DNA of 64,000 nucleotides from Eledone cirrhosa (Eukaryota): assembly GCA_964016885.1 (NCBI GenBank), contig OZ024765.1:9486001-9550000 (forward strand). Reading direction: 5' to 3'. Below the pieces are notes generated by a model. It saw only the letters and a program-made list of their open reading frames with translations, was not told the DNA's origin and made no database searches. Below, in pieces: positions 1-12,054 of the stretch. The first letter of the stretch is position 1. Each line of letters begins with the position of its first letter. A program made the translations under genes and the position numbers.

Positions 1-99
1 TGACTGATTAAATGAAGAAAACATATTGTATCCTGCTTCGTTGCTTTGAGTAAAATGGTCGACTGATGTTGCTAAATATCAATGGCGAAAGTTTTTCAG

Positions 100-159
<60 letters not shown>

Positions 160-235
160 CTATAGCTATCACTCTGCTCTTTCGGGCTTTCTCTCTCTCC
201 CCTTCACTCTCTTTCTCTATACATACACTCACATG

Positions 236-268
<33 letters not shown>

Positions 269-426
269 CTAGAGAGAGAGAGAGGGAGAGAGAGGGAGTG
301 GGAGGGGGAGGGGGAGAGCGAGGGGGAGAGCGAGGGGGAGAGCGAGGGGGAGAGCGAGGGGGAGAGCGAGGGAGAGAGAGTGCGGCGGGAGGGAGAAAGT
401 CTGAAAGAACAGAGTGATAGCTATAG

Positions 427-488
<62 letters not shown>

Positions 489-496
489 ATGTATAT

Positions 497-701
497 AGGA
501 ACCAGTAAGACCCCGACAGCTGAGCTCAAGCCGTTTCGACGGCTAATTCTGGACTCAAATTAGCCGTCCAGAATTAGCCGTCGAAACGGCTTGAGCTCAG
601 CTGTCGGGGTCTTACTGGTTCCTATTACCCACTCTACTACCTCAAGTATTGAGTACTTTGGTGCGTTATGGTCCACCTGGTTCCTTACCACATTTCCTTC
701 G

Positions 702-703
<2 letters not shown>
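497..703. mobile_element. Palindromic (TA)n-inserted element (inverted ~58-bp arms + ~80-bp tail); copies at 3445-3563, 52973-53165 and 55795-55997, remnants at 38040-38150 and 42785-42845
   Basis: TAGGAACCAGTAAGACCCCGACAGCTGAGCTCAAGCCGTTTCGACGGCTAATTCTGGAC and its reverse complement. Confidence 0.8.
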
Positions 704-768
<65 letters not shown>

Positions 769-769
769 T

Positions 770-912
<143 letters not shown>

Positions 913-914
913 TA

Positions 915-977
<63 letters not shown>

Positions 978-1071
978 TTCTATAGCTATCACTCTGTTCT
1001 TTCAGACTTTCTCTCGCTAGCTTTCACTTTATATATGTATATGTATATGTGTATGTTTGTGTGTGTATCTT

Positions 1072-1198
<127 letters not shown>

Positions 1199-1712
1199 AT
1201 TATTTCTATTTTTGGCACACAATGGCACAAGGCCAGCAATTACCACAGTGTATTACTGGTACTTTATTTTATCTCCCCCGTAAGGATGAAAGGCAAAGTT
1301 AACCTCGGTGGGATTTGAACTCAGAATGGCAAGGGCCGTAACTATGCGTCAAAGCATGGAGTCCGACCCTCTACTGATACTGTCGGACGCCATGCTTTGA
1401 TGCATAGTTACGGCCCTTGCCATTCTGAGTTCAAATCCCACCGAGGTTAACTTTGCCTTTCATCCTTACAGGGTCGATAAAATAAAGTACCAGTAATGCA
1501 TTGGGTAATTGCTGGCCTTGTGCCAAAAGTAATAATAATAATAATATTATTTATACTTATATATACACTATATATAATTATAAACAGGGAAGGTCAGTAA
1601 TTCATTACCACCTTATTACCAGTAAGAAAAATAGCTCTATGTAAATACATCAGATATTTTACAGAGCAGGAATATAAATTACAGAATAATCAAAGCTATG
1701 TTCAAAACATTT

Positions 1713-1765
1713 TAGTGCTGACAATCGTTTCTTCCAAACTTTCGTTTGCAATCATCGGAGCACTA
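1713..1765 (-). ncRNA. Type I hammerhead ribozyme-like motif (U4C core variant)
   Basis: TAGTGCT-CCGATGA-TTGCAAAC GAAA GTTTGGAA-GAAAC GATT GTC-AGCACTA. Confidence 0.7.
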
Positions 1766-2069
1766 GCAAAGTTTAGACATATAATTAACCTCCTATTCCA
1801 CAGAACAATCGTAAAAATACGTAGATGTTGTTAGTATTGTCATTAACAGTGTCATATTTAAAGAGTGAAGATGATGTGGACAGTATCAGTGGATGCGACA
1901 AAGATTATAAAAGAATAATACAACAATTATAGAGGAATTAAAGAAGAGAGTTACTCGCAAAATGAGGACATTAGCGGCACATATGCAAACGTATAGAAAG
2001 AGTGCAGAGGTATTAGGCATGTACAAAATAACCAGGTAAGAAACAAGCAATGGTACTAAGCATATATAT

Positions 2070-2996
2070 CACAGCGATTCTTTCCTGATACATTCTAACC
2101 ACATGTCCATAGTATCGGAGCTATGATCTCTCAATTCGGAGAAGTAGTGGTTCTATCTGGAGCGACTTTCTGATCTCTGAGCTACAAATCTGTCCAGCGA
2201 TTCTTTCCTGAGACATTCTAACCGAATGTCCATAGTATCAGAGCTGTGATCTCTCAATTCAGAGAAGTAGTCGCTCTATCTGAAGCGACTTTCTGATCTC
2301 TGAGCTACAAATCTGTCCAGCGATTCTTTCCTGAGACATTCTAACTACATGTCCATAGTATCAGAGCTGTGATCTCTCAATTCAGAGAAGTAGTGATTCT
2401 ATCTGGAGTGACTCTCTGATCTCTGAGCGATAAATCTGTCCAGCGATTCTTTCCTGAGACATTCTAACGACATGTCCATAGTATCAGAGCTGTGATCTCT
2501 CAATTTGGAGAAATAAGAGCTCTACCTGGAGTGACTCTCTGATCTCCGAGTTACAAATATCTACAGCAATTCTTTCCTGAGACATTCTAACCACATGCTC
2601 ATAGTATCGGAGCTGTGATCTCTCAATTCAAATTAGTGGTTCTACCTGAAGTGACTCACTGATCTCCAAACTACAAATCTCTCCAGCGATTCTTTCCTGA
2701 GACATTCTAACCACATTCCCATAATATCAGAGCTGTGATCTCTCAATTTGGAGAAGTAGCAGCTCAACCTGGAGTGACTCTTTGATCTCTGAGCTACAAA
2801 TCTGTCCAGCGATTCTTTCCTGAGACATTCTAACCAGATGTCCATAGTATCAGCGCTGTGATCTCTCAATTCAGAGAAGTAGCAGCTCAACCTGGAGTGA
2901 CTTGATGATCTCTGAGCTACAAATCTGTCCAGCGATTCTTTCCTGAGACATTCTAACCAGATGTCCATAGTATCAGAGCTGTGATCTCTCAATTCG
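2070..2996 (-). repeat. Diverged tandem array (~8 x 120 bp) of the same RTE-derived unit
   Basis: CAGCGATTCTTTCCTGAGACATTCTAACC...CTGTGATCTCTCAATT recurring about every 120 bp. Confidence 0.9.
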
Positions 2997-3327
2997 AAGT
3001 AAAAATATTGAAACCCATAGTTTCCGAACTACACAATTTTACTCAAAACGATCGAGTCAGCCGTCACAGGATGGTTATGATTACTAATCTTCCCTCCTCA
3101 AAGAATTGGGTACATCGTGGAAAACATAAATAAAATAAATCAGTGAGGGGTGTCTCGTGAATAAGTTTTCTGAGCAGCTAGGTGATTTCTGGTTCAAGAC
3201 AGAAATACTGTCCTTGTTTCCCTGCCAATCCAGCTAAAGGAAGATGGTGGCCAGACAAACTTCACGATGGACTCGGCCGATGGCAGAGAGAGACATTCTC
3301 TAAAATAGATAGATAGGATGGTTAGAC

Positions 3328-3382
<55 letters not shown>

Positions 3383-3407
3383 AAATAGAAAAGATAGGAT
3401 AGATAGG

Positions 3408-3439
<32 letters not shown>

Positions 3440-3560
3440 AAGTATGACCCCGACGGCAGAGCTCAAGCCGTTTCGACGGCTATTTCTGGACAGAAATACC
3501 CTAAGTATTGAGTACTCTGGTGCGTTATGGTCCATCTGGTTCCTTACCACAATTCCTTTG

Positions 3561-3673
<113 letters not shown>

Positions 3674-3920
3674 GTGAGATAGATATATAGATAGATAAAT
3701 AGACGAACATTCGAAAACGATGTTTGCTTCTGAAGTATATAGTTTACCTGCATTCGTTATAGCATGTCGAATAAACCAAATATTACTTCTTTCGTCCTTA
3801 AAATAATGGGTTATGTACTAGTAAAGACAAAGCAAGGAGAACATCAACAACAACAACAACAACTGGGTCATTGATTAATAATTGTTTATTCGTTTTCAGT
3901 TGTGGTTGGCTGGTTTTGTT

Positions 3921-4238
3921 TTACCAAAGATTCGATCGAGAAAACATTGGTTTTTTGGCGGTCATTCTTGGTAAGGTGAATGATGAATGCACTGGAGAGG
4001 CGACAACAAGGTTTTCGTGGCGTTCCTCTGAATTTGCAAGGCAACAATCGAAATACTTGTGTAGCTTCGCGGTTAAAAATTTCGCCGATTCGTTCAGGAA
4101 GCGCAAAAGCACCGTCAGAAAAACGGCTAACCAAAATATCATTATGACGTCATCGATTATGCTAATGAGCTTACCCAGACCGATGCAGGCAGAATGGTCG
4201 CTGTCTGGCAACAGATGGGGAGAGTAGTAATGATGACA

Positions 4239-4280
<42 letters not shown>

Positions 4281-4281
4281 C

Positions 4282-4316
<35 letters not shown>

Positions 4317-5158
4317 CTGTTGCTGGTGGTGGTGGTGGTGGTGGTGGTGGTGGTGGTAGTGATGGTTGTAGTAGGGCTGGTCGTCGTTCTCCTGGTTTAC
4401 AAGTGTAAAATCTGGCAGTGATAAAGACGAGTCGCTCTCGGGAAATAGAGGAAGGTTAGGCTTAGGTGTCATCTGCAAATTGAAGCTGCAGCTGAACGGC
4501 CTCAGTATTCGCCAGTACCGCAAGGCGGTCAACAAGAAAAACGGTAACATACAAGATACAAAATAAAACATGTCTTCTGGCAGAGATAGATGGATTTCTT
4601 TTCTTCTCTCCCAGTCCATGCTGTTACCAGCGTCGTCGTCACCATCACCAACGTCATCGTCAGCGTTGTCACCGTCATCGACGTTCTCGTCGTCGTCGTC
4701 GTCGTCGACGTCGTCGTCGTCGTCGTCGTCGTTGTTGTCATCCTCCCTGGCCATAGTTCTTTCCAGTATCTCCAGGCGTCTCGCCGCCGCGGCGGCCGCC
4801 TCTCCTTCTCCGCCGCCACCTCCTCCTCCTCCTCCGCCACCGCAACCTCCTTCTCCGCTGCCACCGCCGCCACCACCGCCGCCGCCACCACCACCACCAC
4901 CACCTCCTCCTCCTCCTCTTCCTCTTCCTCTTCCTCCTATCCTTCCTCTTCCTCTGCCTCCTCCTATCCGCTCTCTTCCTCGTCCTCTTCTTATCCTACC
5001 GCCTCTTAAGTAATATTCGCTTCCCGTCTCCGCCATCATCATCATCATCATCAGGTTTCTTTCCTCCCTGTTCGTTAATGTCGTTCCACTTCTCGTTCTT
5101 ATTCTTGTTCTCGTTCTATCGATTCTTCGATTATCACTAACAGTATTATTGCCCTCAT

Positions 5159-5200
<42 letters not shown>

Positions 5201-6230
5201 AATTACTAATACCATCGCTGGTATCGTCTGCATCGTCTCCCTCGTTCTCGTCTGCTTCGTTCTCGTCTCCCTCGTTCTCGTCTCCCTCGTTCTCGTCTCC
5301 TTCGTTCTCGTCTCCCTCGTTCTCGTCTGCTTCGTTCTCGTCTCCCTCGTTCTCGTCTCCCTCGTTCTCGTCTGCTTCGTTCTCGTCTCCCTCGTTCTCG
5401 TCTCCCTCGTTCTCGTCTGCTTCGTTCTCGTCTCCCTCGTTCTCGTCTCCCTCGTTCTCGTCTCCCTCGTTCTCGTCTCCCTCGTTCTCGTCTCCCTCGT
5501 TCTCGTCTGCTTCGTTCTCGTCTCCCTCGTTCTCGTCTGCTTCGTTCTCGTCTCCCTCGTTCTCGTCTGATTCGTTCTCGTCTGCTTCGTTCTCGTCTCC
5601 CTCGTTCTCGTCTCCTTCGTAACTGGTGTCCCTCCCGTCCACTACGTCCGCCGCCTCCTCCTCCTCCTCCTCCCCCTCCTCCACCTCCTCCCTCCATCGT
5701 CTGTACGATGCGGAAGAGGCGGCGGCGGCGGCGGCGCTGGTGACGGTGGCGGTGATGGTGATGGCGGCGGCGGCGGTGATGGCGGTAAATGTGTCGGTGT
5801 CGGTGCTGCTGTTGCTGCTGTTGCTGTTGTTGTTGTTGTTGTTGCTGTTGTTGTTGTTGTTGTTGTTGTTTTTGTTGTTTTTGTTATTAGTGTTGCCGTT
5901 GTTGTTGCTGTTGCTGGTGTCGGTGCTGCTGTTGTTGTTGCTGCTGTTGCTGTTGTTGTTGTTGTTGTTGTTGTTGCTGCTGTTGCTGTTGTTGCTGTTG
6001 CTGTTGTTGCTGTTGTTGTTGTCGGTGCTGCTGTTGCTGTTGTTGTTGTTATTGTTGCTGTTGCTGTTGTTGTTGTGGTGGTGGTCGTGGTTGTAACGGC
6101 GGCGGTGGCCGTGGTGTTCGTGGTTGGGGTCTTCATTTAGAAAGTCAAACATACCGAAGGGTTTGTAATAGTAATGGGGGCAGGGGCGGGCGAATGTCCT
6201 AGCGTTTCGCACCGGAACGGAATCGGCCAT
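3921..6230 (-). CDS. Orphan 769-aa protein with low-complexity N-terminus and two predicted TM helices (paralogue A)
   Basis: Uninterrupted 2.3-kb ORF with all internal repeats in multiples of 3. Strong start context (AACAATATGG), T-tract+CAG acceptor at 6257-6275, AATAAA at 3885-3890, two hydrophobic segments, motif shared with 19579-20109. Confidence 0.7.
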
Positions 6231-6633
6231 ATTGTTTTGTTTTATTCTATATCCTTCTGCCGAAAAAAAAAAAAAACTATTTTTTTTGTCGTTTTTGTTT
6301 TTGTTTGTTTGTTATTGTTTTTTATTGTTTGTTTGTTTGTTATTGTTTTTTATTGTTTGTTTGTTTGTTATTGTTTTTTTTTTGTGTTTTTTTTTAGAGA
6401 GAAATAATAAAAATTTAAAAAAATTAAAAAAAAACAGGAACAACAAGAAAAAGAAAAAAAAGTATATAAGGTAAGAATAGAGAGGAGGGGGGTAGAAGAA
6501 GAAGAAGAAGAAGAAGAAGAAGAAGAAGAAAGGAGAAGAAAGAAAGGAAGAAGAAGAAGAAGAAGAAGAAGAAGAAGAAGAAGAAGAAGAAGAAGAAGAA
6601 GAAGAAGAAAGTGGGCGAAGGTGGAGGAGGATA

Positions 6634-6672
<39 letters not shown>

Positions 6673-7007
6673 AAAGTGGGAGGAAATAAGTACAAAAAGA
6701 GAGGATGAGGGGGACGAAAGAGAGAGAGAGAGAGAGAAGATAGATAGGGAGGGAAAAGAAAAGGTATAAGAGACAGAAGACGGAGAAGGAGGTGGAGGAG
6801 GAGAGTGAGGAGAAATACTAACGTCAACCCCCCCCCCTCCCAACCTAAGTAATTTAAAAGAATTAAAACAAAAAAGATATATTTATATATATAAAATAAA
6901 AAATAAAATAAATTCAATGAATAAATAAAGATTCTTACATTGATGTTTGTTGTTGTTTATGTCATTGTGACGTCATCCGTAAGTTTTATTTTCTTCTGTT
7001 GTCAAAA

Positions 7008-7765
7008 ACACCACTATTACCACCACCACCACCACCACTATTACCACCACCACCACCACCACCACCTCCACCACTACTATTACCACCACCACCACCACAA
7101 CCACCACCACCACCTCCACCACTACTATTACCACCACCACCACCACCACCACCACCACCACCACCACTACTATTACCACCACCACCACCACCACCACCAC
7201 CACCTCCACCACAACCACCACCACCTCCACCATTACCACCACCACCACGTCCACCATTACCACCACCACCACTACTATTACCACCACCACCTCCACCACA
7301 ACCACCACCACCACCTCCACCACAATCCACCACCACCACCTCCACCACAACCACCACCACCACCTCCACCATTACCACCACCACCACCACCTCCACCATC
7401 ACCACCACCACCACTACTATTACCACCACCACCACCACCACCACCACCATCATCATCACCACCACCACTACCACCACCAACAACACCGATATCACCACCA
7501 CCACCACCACCACCATCATCACCACCACCACCACCATCATCACCATCACCACCACCATCATCACCACCACCACCACCACCAACACCGATATCACCATCAC
7601 CACCATCACCACCACCACCACCACCATCACCATCACCATCACCACCACCAGCATCATCACCATCACCACCACCACCACCACCACCATCATCATCACCACC
7701 ACCATCACCATCCCCACCACTGTCACTACCGTCATCACCACCACCACAACAACACCAACAACAAA
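7008..7765. repeat. Compound (CCA)n/(CAT)/(TAC) trinucleotide array
   Basis: Visible CAC-type repeat; open in several frames. Confidence 0.9.
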
Positions 7766-7901
7766 CATCTCCCTGGTTTTTTCGCAGCTGGAAAAAACTT
7801 AAATTATAAAGGGCCAACTGTGTTGTTTGTGTCAGGTGAGATGGTTGAATTAAGGTGACTCTCCTTTAGCCCTAGGTCCACCGTAGCTCCTTTAACCCCC
7901 T

Positions 7902-8291
7902 CCCATAGCAACAACGATGATTAGACGCTTTTTAACCCTAACCCTAACCCTAGCCCTAACCCTAACCCTAACCCTAGCCCTAGCCCTAGCCCTAACCCCA
8001 TAACAACAACGATGATTAGACGCTTTTTAACCCTAACCCTAACCCTAGCCCTAACCCTAACCCTAACCCTAGCCCTAACCCTAACCCTAGCCCTAACCCT
8101 AACCCTAACCCTAGCCCTAACCCCATAACAACAACGATGATTAGACGCTTTTTAACCCTAACCCTTAACTTACCCTAACCCTAGCCCTAACCCTAACCCT
8201 AACCCTAGCCCTAACCCTAACCCTAGCCCTAACCCTAACCCTAACCCTAGCCCTAACCCCATAACAACAACGATAATTAGACGCTTTTTAA
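7902..8291. repeat. Interstitial telomere-like array (CCCTAA/CCCTAG) punctuated by four copies of a ~33-bp spacer
   Basis: Spacer CCCATA(G/A)CAACAACGAT(G/A)ATTAGACGCTTTTTAA at ~7902, 7997, 8122 and 8258 separates blocks of telomeric hexamers. Confidence 0.92.
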
Positions 8292-8439
8292 CAGGAAAGA
8301 TTTGATGCAAAAGCGACATCAGATGCGAAATATATATTTCAATCAGCAAAAATCATGCACAAGGTAAAAAACTCAAAACCTTTTTTTAGTGCAGGTCGCC
8401 GTCGAGACCTCCCGGTCCCTAAACTGCCATTCTCGGGCT

Positions 8440-8630
8440 CCACCCGCTTTCCTGTCGCTACAGTGCCGGCCGCTTTCCACGCTATGCTGCCTTCAACGAG
8501 GTCATAAAGCAGGCTTCCCCACCCATCTCGAGCCTGTGGGGCTGGACCGAGGGGACGGCAAAAGGGCAGACGGTGTGACCATCTTCCTGTTCCGCGGTGG
8601 TAAACCCCTCGTCTGGGATGCCACTTGTAT
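8440..8630 (+). mobile_element. CRE-clade non-LTR retrotransposon fragment (restriction-like endonuclease region)
   Basis: LEPVGLDRGDGKRADGVTIFLFRGGKPLVWDATC matches the EPxGLxRxDGKRPDGxTxxPWxxGxxLxWDxT pattern. Confidence 0.8.
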
Positions 8631-10259
8631 GTATGCAAGTATAGCTGGGTTCTTTTGTCAGGGCATTCATCTAGGAGAAGGCAACTCAGGAAACTGGGAT
8701 AACTCCGACATAAACCTGCGGCTCAGTAGTTATCTTTTCTTCTTTTCGAGTTATAGCTACTGTCGCTCAGGGAGTGGGATTGGCTCAGTGCACAGTCTTT
8801 CCACACTTTAAAAAAATCTTCATGCACAGGCCATTGCACGATAGAATTAATTGATAATTATTAGTAATGTTATATCGTGCAATGGCCATACTCGATAACG
8901 AGGGGGCAGCCATCATCATCATAGCTGGGCTCCTCTGAGGTTGCATCACAAGTCTCTTGGTTGTTTTCATACACACATAGGTAATACAAGTCTAACGGAG
9001 CACCTGCACCATACACACATATGTAATGCAAGTTTAGCTGGGCTTTACCGAGATTGCATCTCATTGGAGGTCTCTTAAAAATGTGAGGGGGACAAACCAA
9101 CATTTGTTGATTCTTAAAAGGAGCATGTTAGTATTATTGCTTATGGTGTCTTCCCTGGACCCTATCACATAAGTACAAAAAATAAAACAGACGTTTGAAA
9201 AAGTGTGTGTATGGGGGGGGGGGTGACACATGTCCCCTGGTACCCCCCTGAAACTATGCCCTTGCACACATGTATATTGTTGTTACAGTCCACACCTGTG
9301 TGTGTGTGACAGCTCATACCTATGCAGGTTTAGCTGGCCTCCTCCAAGGTATATCTCGTTGGAGGTGTCTTGGGTAATTTAATGATAGGGACCCCAGTCC
9401 CTATCATCTCATTTCTACAGCTGAGTAAACTGGAGCAGCGTGAAATAAAGTGTCTTTCTCAAGGAAACAACACATCACCCGGTCTGAGAATTGAGCTCAC
9501 AACCTTTCGATTGCAAGCCCAATGCTCTAACCACTAAACCACGCGCCTTCACAGTCCACACCTACACAGGCTTAGCTGGCATTTTAATGATAGGAGAGCC
9601 CCCGGTCCTATCATGACAAAAAAAACATTTTGTGCTCAAGAATACAACGCGCTGTCCGGCCCAAGAATCGAAATCACGACCTAATGATCGTGAGTCCAAC
9701 ACGCTAACCACTAAGTCATCATCCTATATGATGTCATAGGTTTTATTTATCATGTGACTTGGCGACCAGTCTTTTTTCTTTCTCTGAAACGCAGAAACCA
9801 TTTTTTTAAGTTTTACATTTTTAAGTCGGACATTTTCCAGTCTTTAAAATGTTTTAAAACTTTCGCTCCATTTTTGAATTGATTACAGACAAATTAACAC
9901 GACGCAGACACATACATACTTCTATATAGCCAGATAAAGATAGTCGATTGCAACCATGCTGTTTGATCACTTTGAAAGGATTTAGTCGATCATAGTGATC
10001 CTAATTCTTTTTTTCATTTCAAATCTGGTGCTCATCGCATCAATGTCTTTTCGTCGTTACCCCAAAATAAGGTACGTAACTCAACATTCAGCACATACAT
10101 ATTTAGGTGAATATTGTACTAATAATAAATATTTGCTCTACGGGTTTATATATACTTTTTTTTATATACATACATGGTGGTCCGAAAGTCTTGTCACCCC
10201 CTACCAAAAAGTAATGAGAAACACTTTAATCTGTTATTTTAATATATATATATATATAT

Positions 10260-10622
10260 ATGTAGGAGGTGAGTTTTATTGTAGTACAATATTGTAGTAC
10301 AATAAAGCAATGCAGATATCGGATAAGTAGCACTCTACAGTTTGTAGGACTGGAGTATAAATAATATATAAGACCAAAAGATGGTTAAAAGAGTTCCATG
10401 TATTTTATTATGCGCATTTCAAAAACAAATATCATTTAAATCAACATTTAAATCAACATATGTTAATTTAAAACTGCACTATTCACAAGTGTTTTTTAAC
10501 CTTCATATCATGTCTCCCTATTTTATCTGACGAAAACGCAAATGTCTTCGCATGATGATATTTGTTTTTGAAATGCGCATAATAAAATACATGGAACTCT
10601 TTTAACCATCTTTTGATCTTAT
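10260..10622 (+). mobile_element. Penelope-like non-autonomous element with hammerhead (10519-10589), inverted arms and tail, in (TA)n
   Basis: TATTTTAT-CTGACGA-stem II-GAAA TGCGC ATA-ATAAAATA; arms ~10366-10435 and ~10553-10622. Confidence 0.72.
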
Positions 10623-10631
10623 ATATATATA

Positions 10632-10965
10632 TATATCATCATCATCATCATCATTTGACGTCCGCTTTTCCCTGCTTGCAAGAGTGGGACGGGTTCTATT
10701 CAGCACAGCATCTCTCCATTCGTCACGGTTCTTTGTCATCTCCTCCGTGTGCTTCAGCGATCTGAGATCAGCTCTCACCACCTCCACACATGTTTTTCGT
10801 GGTCTTCCTCTACTACATCTTCCTTCTACTGGGATTTCCTGGCACTTCTTTACCCAGTGGTCATCCTCCATGCGCATCACATGTCCATACCAACGCAATC
10901 TTCTCTCCCGCACACTACAGCCTATCTCTTTTATACACAGTTTCTCTCTCAACTCGTCTATGCTT
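10632..10965 (-). mobile_element. RTE-clade LINE 3' end with (GAT)n tail
   Basis: RERRLRWYGHVMRM...GRPRKT. Confidence 0.85.
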
Positions 10966-10994
10966 TACATTACATTATACTAGCAGAAGAACTT

Positions 10995-11481
10995 TCAGTA
11001 AGCATATCTATCTATCTATCTAAGGCGGGTAAAATTCCCGAGATCCATGGACGAGTTCTCTCCAGCGGTCTCTGTCCCTCATTATCGCTGCCATGTCCTG
11101 CGTCTCCAACAGACCAGTGTCTGTCCTTAGGGCATCAACATACGTTAACCTTGGTATTCCTCTTCTAGTGTGTCCATGTAGGGGCTCCCAAAGGAGCACT
11201 GAGTGCAATGTCAACTCTGGATGTCGGTGAGCATGTCCAGCTAACCTCAGTCTCCTCTGTGTCACCTTTGAGCTGACTTTTGGGATGCTCCCATACAGCT
11301 TGAGATCGGTGTGGAAGTCAGACCTTCGTAGAGACCTGAAGGTCCGCCTCTTCATTGCTGTAGTGGAGTCTGTGCTGCTGGGTCTGAGACTTGGACACTG
11401 ACCAAGAAACTCACTCAGATGGTGGATGGGTGCTACACGAGAATGCTGAGGATGGCTCTGAACATTAATCAGTAAGCATAT
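10995..11481 (-). mobile_element. RTE-clade LINE fragment with 5' inversion and 13-bp TSD
   Basis: Minus: RRLRLAGHAHRH...GIPRLTY. Plus: KVRLFIAVVESVLL-GSETWTLTK...CYTRMLRMAL. TCAGTAAGCATAT occurs at both ends. Confidence 0.85.
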
Positions 11482-12054
11482 GTAGTGTGCATATTGGTGT
11501 TCTCTAAAGTCTGTCTTAAGCCAGAACGTTCATCAGGCCGGTGATTATCCAGGTTTCATGGCGTGAAGTGACAGAGTACAATACTTCCCCCTGGACAAGA
11601 TGCCAGTCCATCGCAAGATTAAACCCCCAGCTATTGCTGGTACTCATTTTCAGCTGAGTATACTGGAGCAACGTGAAATGAAGTGTTTTGCTCAAGAACA
11701 CAACACACAACATCGAACCCACGACATTATGATCGTCCAACACCCTTACCGCTAGGCCACGTGCTTCCACGCATATTGGTATTATACACATATATAGATA
11801 TGATATGTAAATTGAAAAGTAAATTGGCTATCTTCTTCTTCGTCCAATTATTTCTTAGAGGGTCGGTGAATTGGCAGTATCGGTAGAGGGTCGGATTATG
11901 CTTTCCAGCATAGTTACGTCCCTTTACGATCTGAGTTCAATTCCCGCCGAGGTTAACTTTGCCTTTCATCCTTACGGGGTCGATAAAATAAAGCACCAGT
12001 AATGTACTGGGATAATTGCTGGCCTTGTGCCAAAAAGCAGAAACAATTATTTCT

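Noticed and set aside
4194-6136. Alternative-frame and antisense ORFs (polyL, polyP, RRERG) over orphan gene A
   Set aside because: Shadows of trinucleotide and 15-bp repeats; only the 769-aa frame spans the unique segments with start context and a polyA signal.
7902-8291. CRISPR-like repeat/spacer appearance
   Set aside because: The intervening blocks are telomeric hexamers rather than unique spacers; eukaryotic context with no cas genes.
3700-8340. Endogenous telomere-integrating herpesvirus suggested by the intronless ORF next to TTAGGG repeats
   Set aside because: No viral hallmark genes, low gene density, host-type splice acceptor, and host SINEs and microsatellites throughout.
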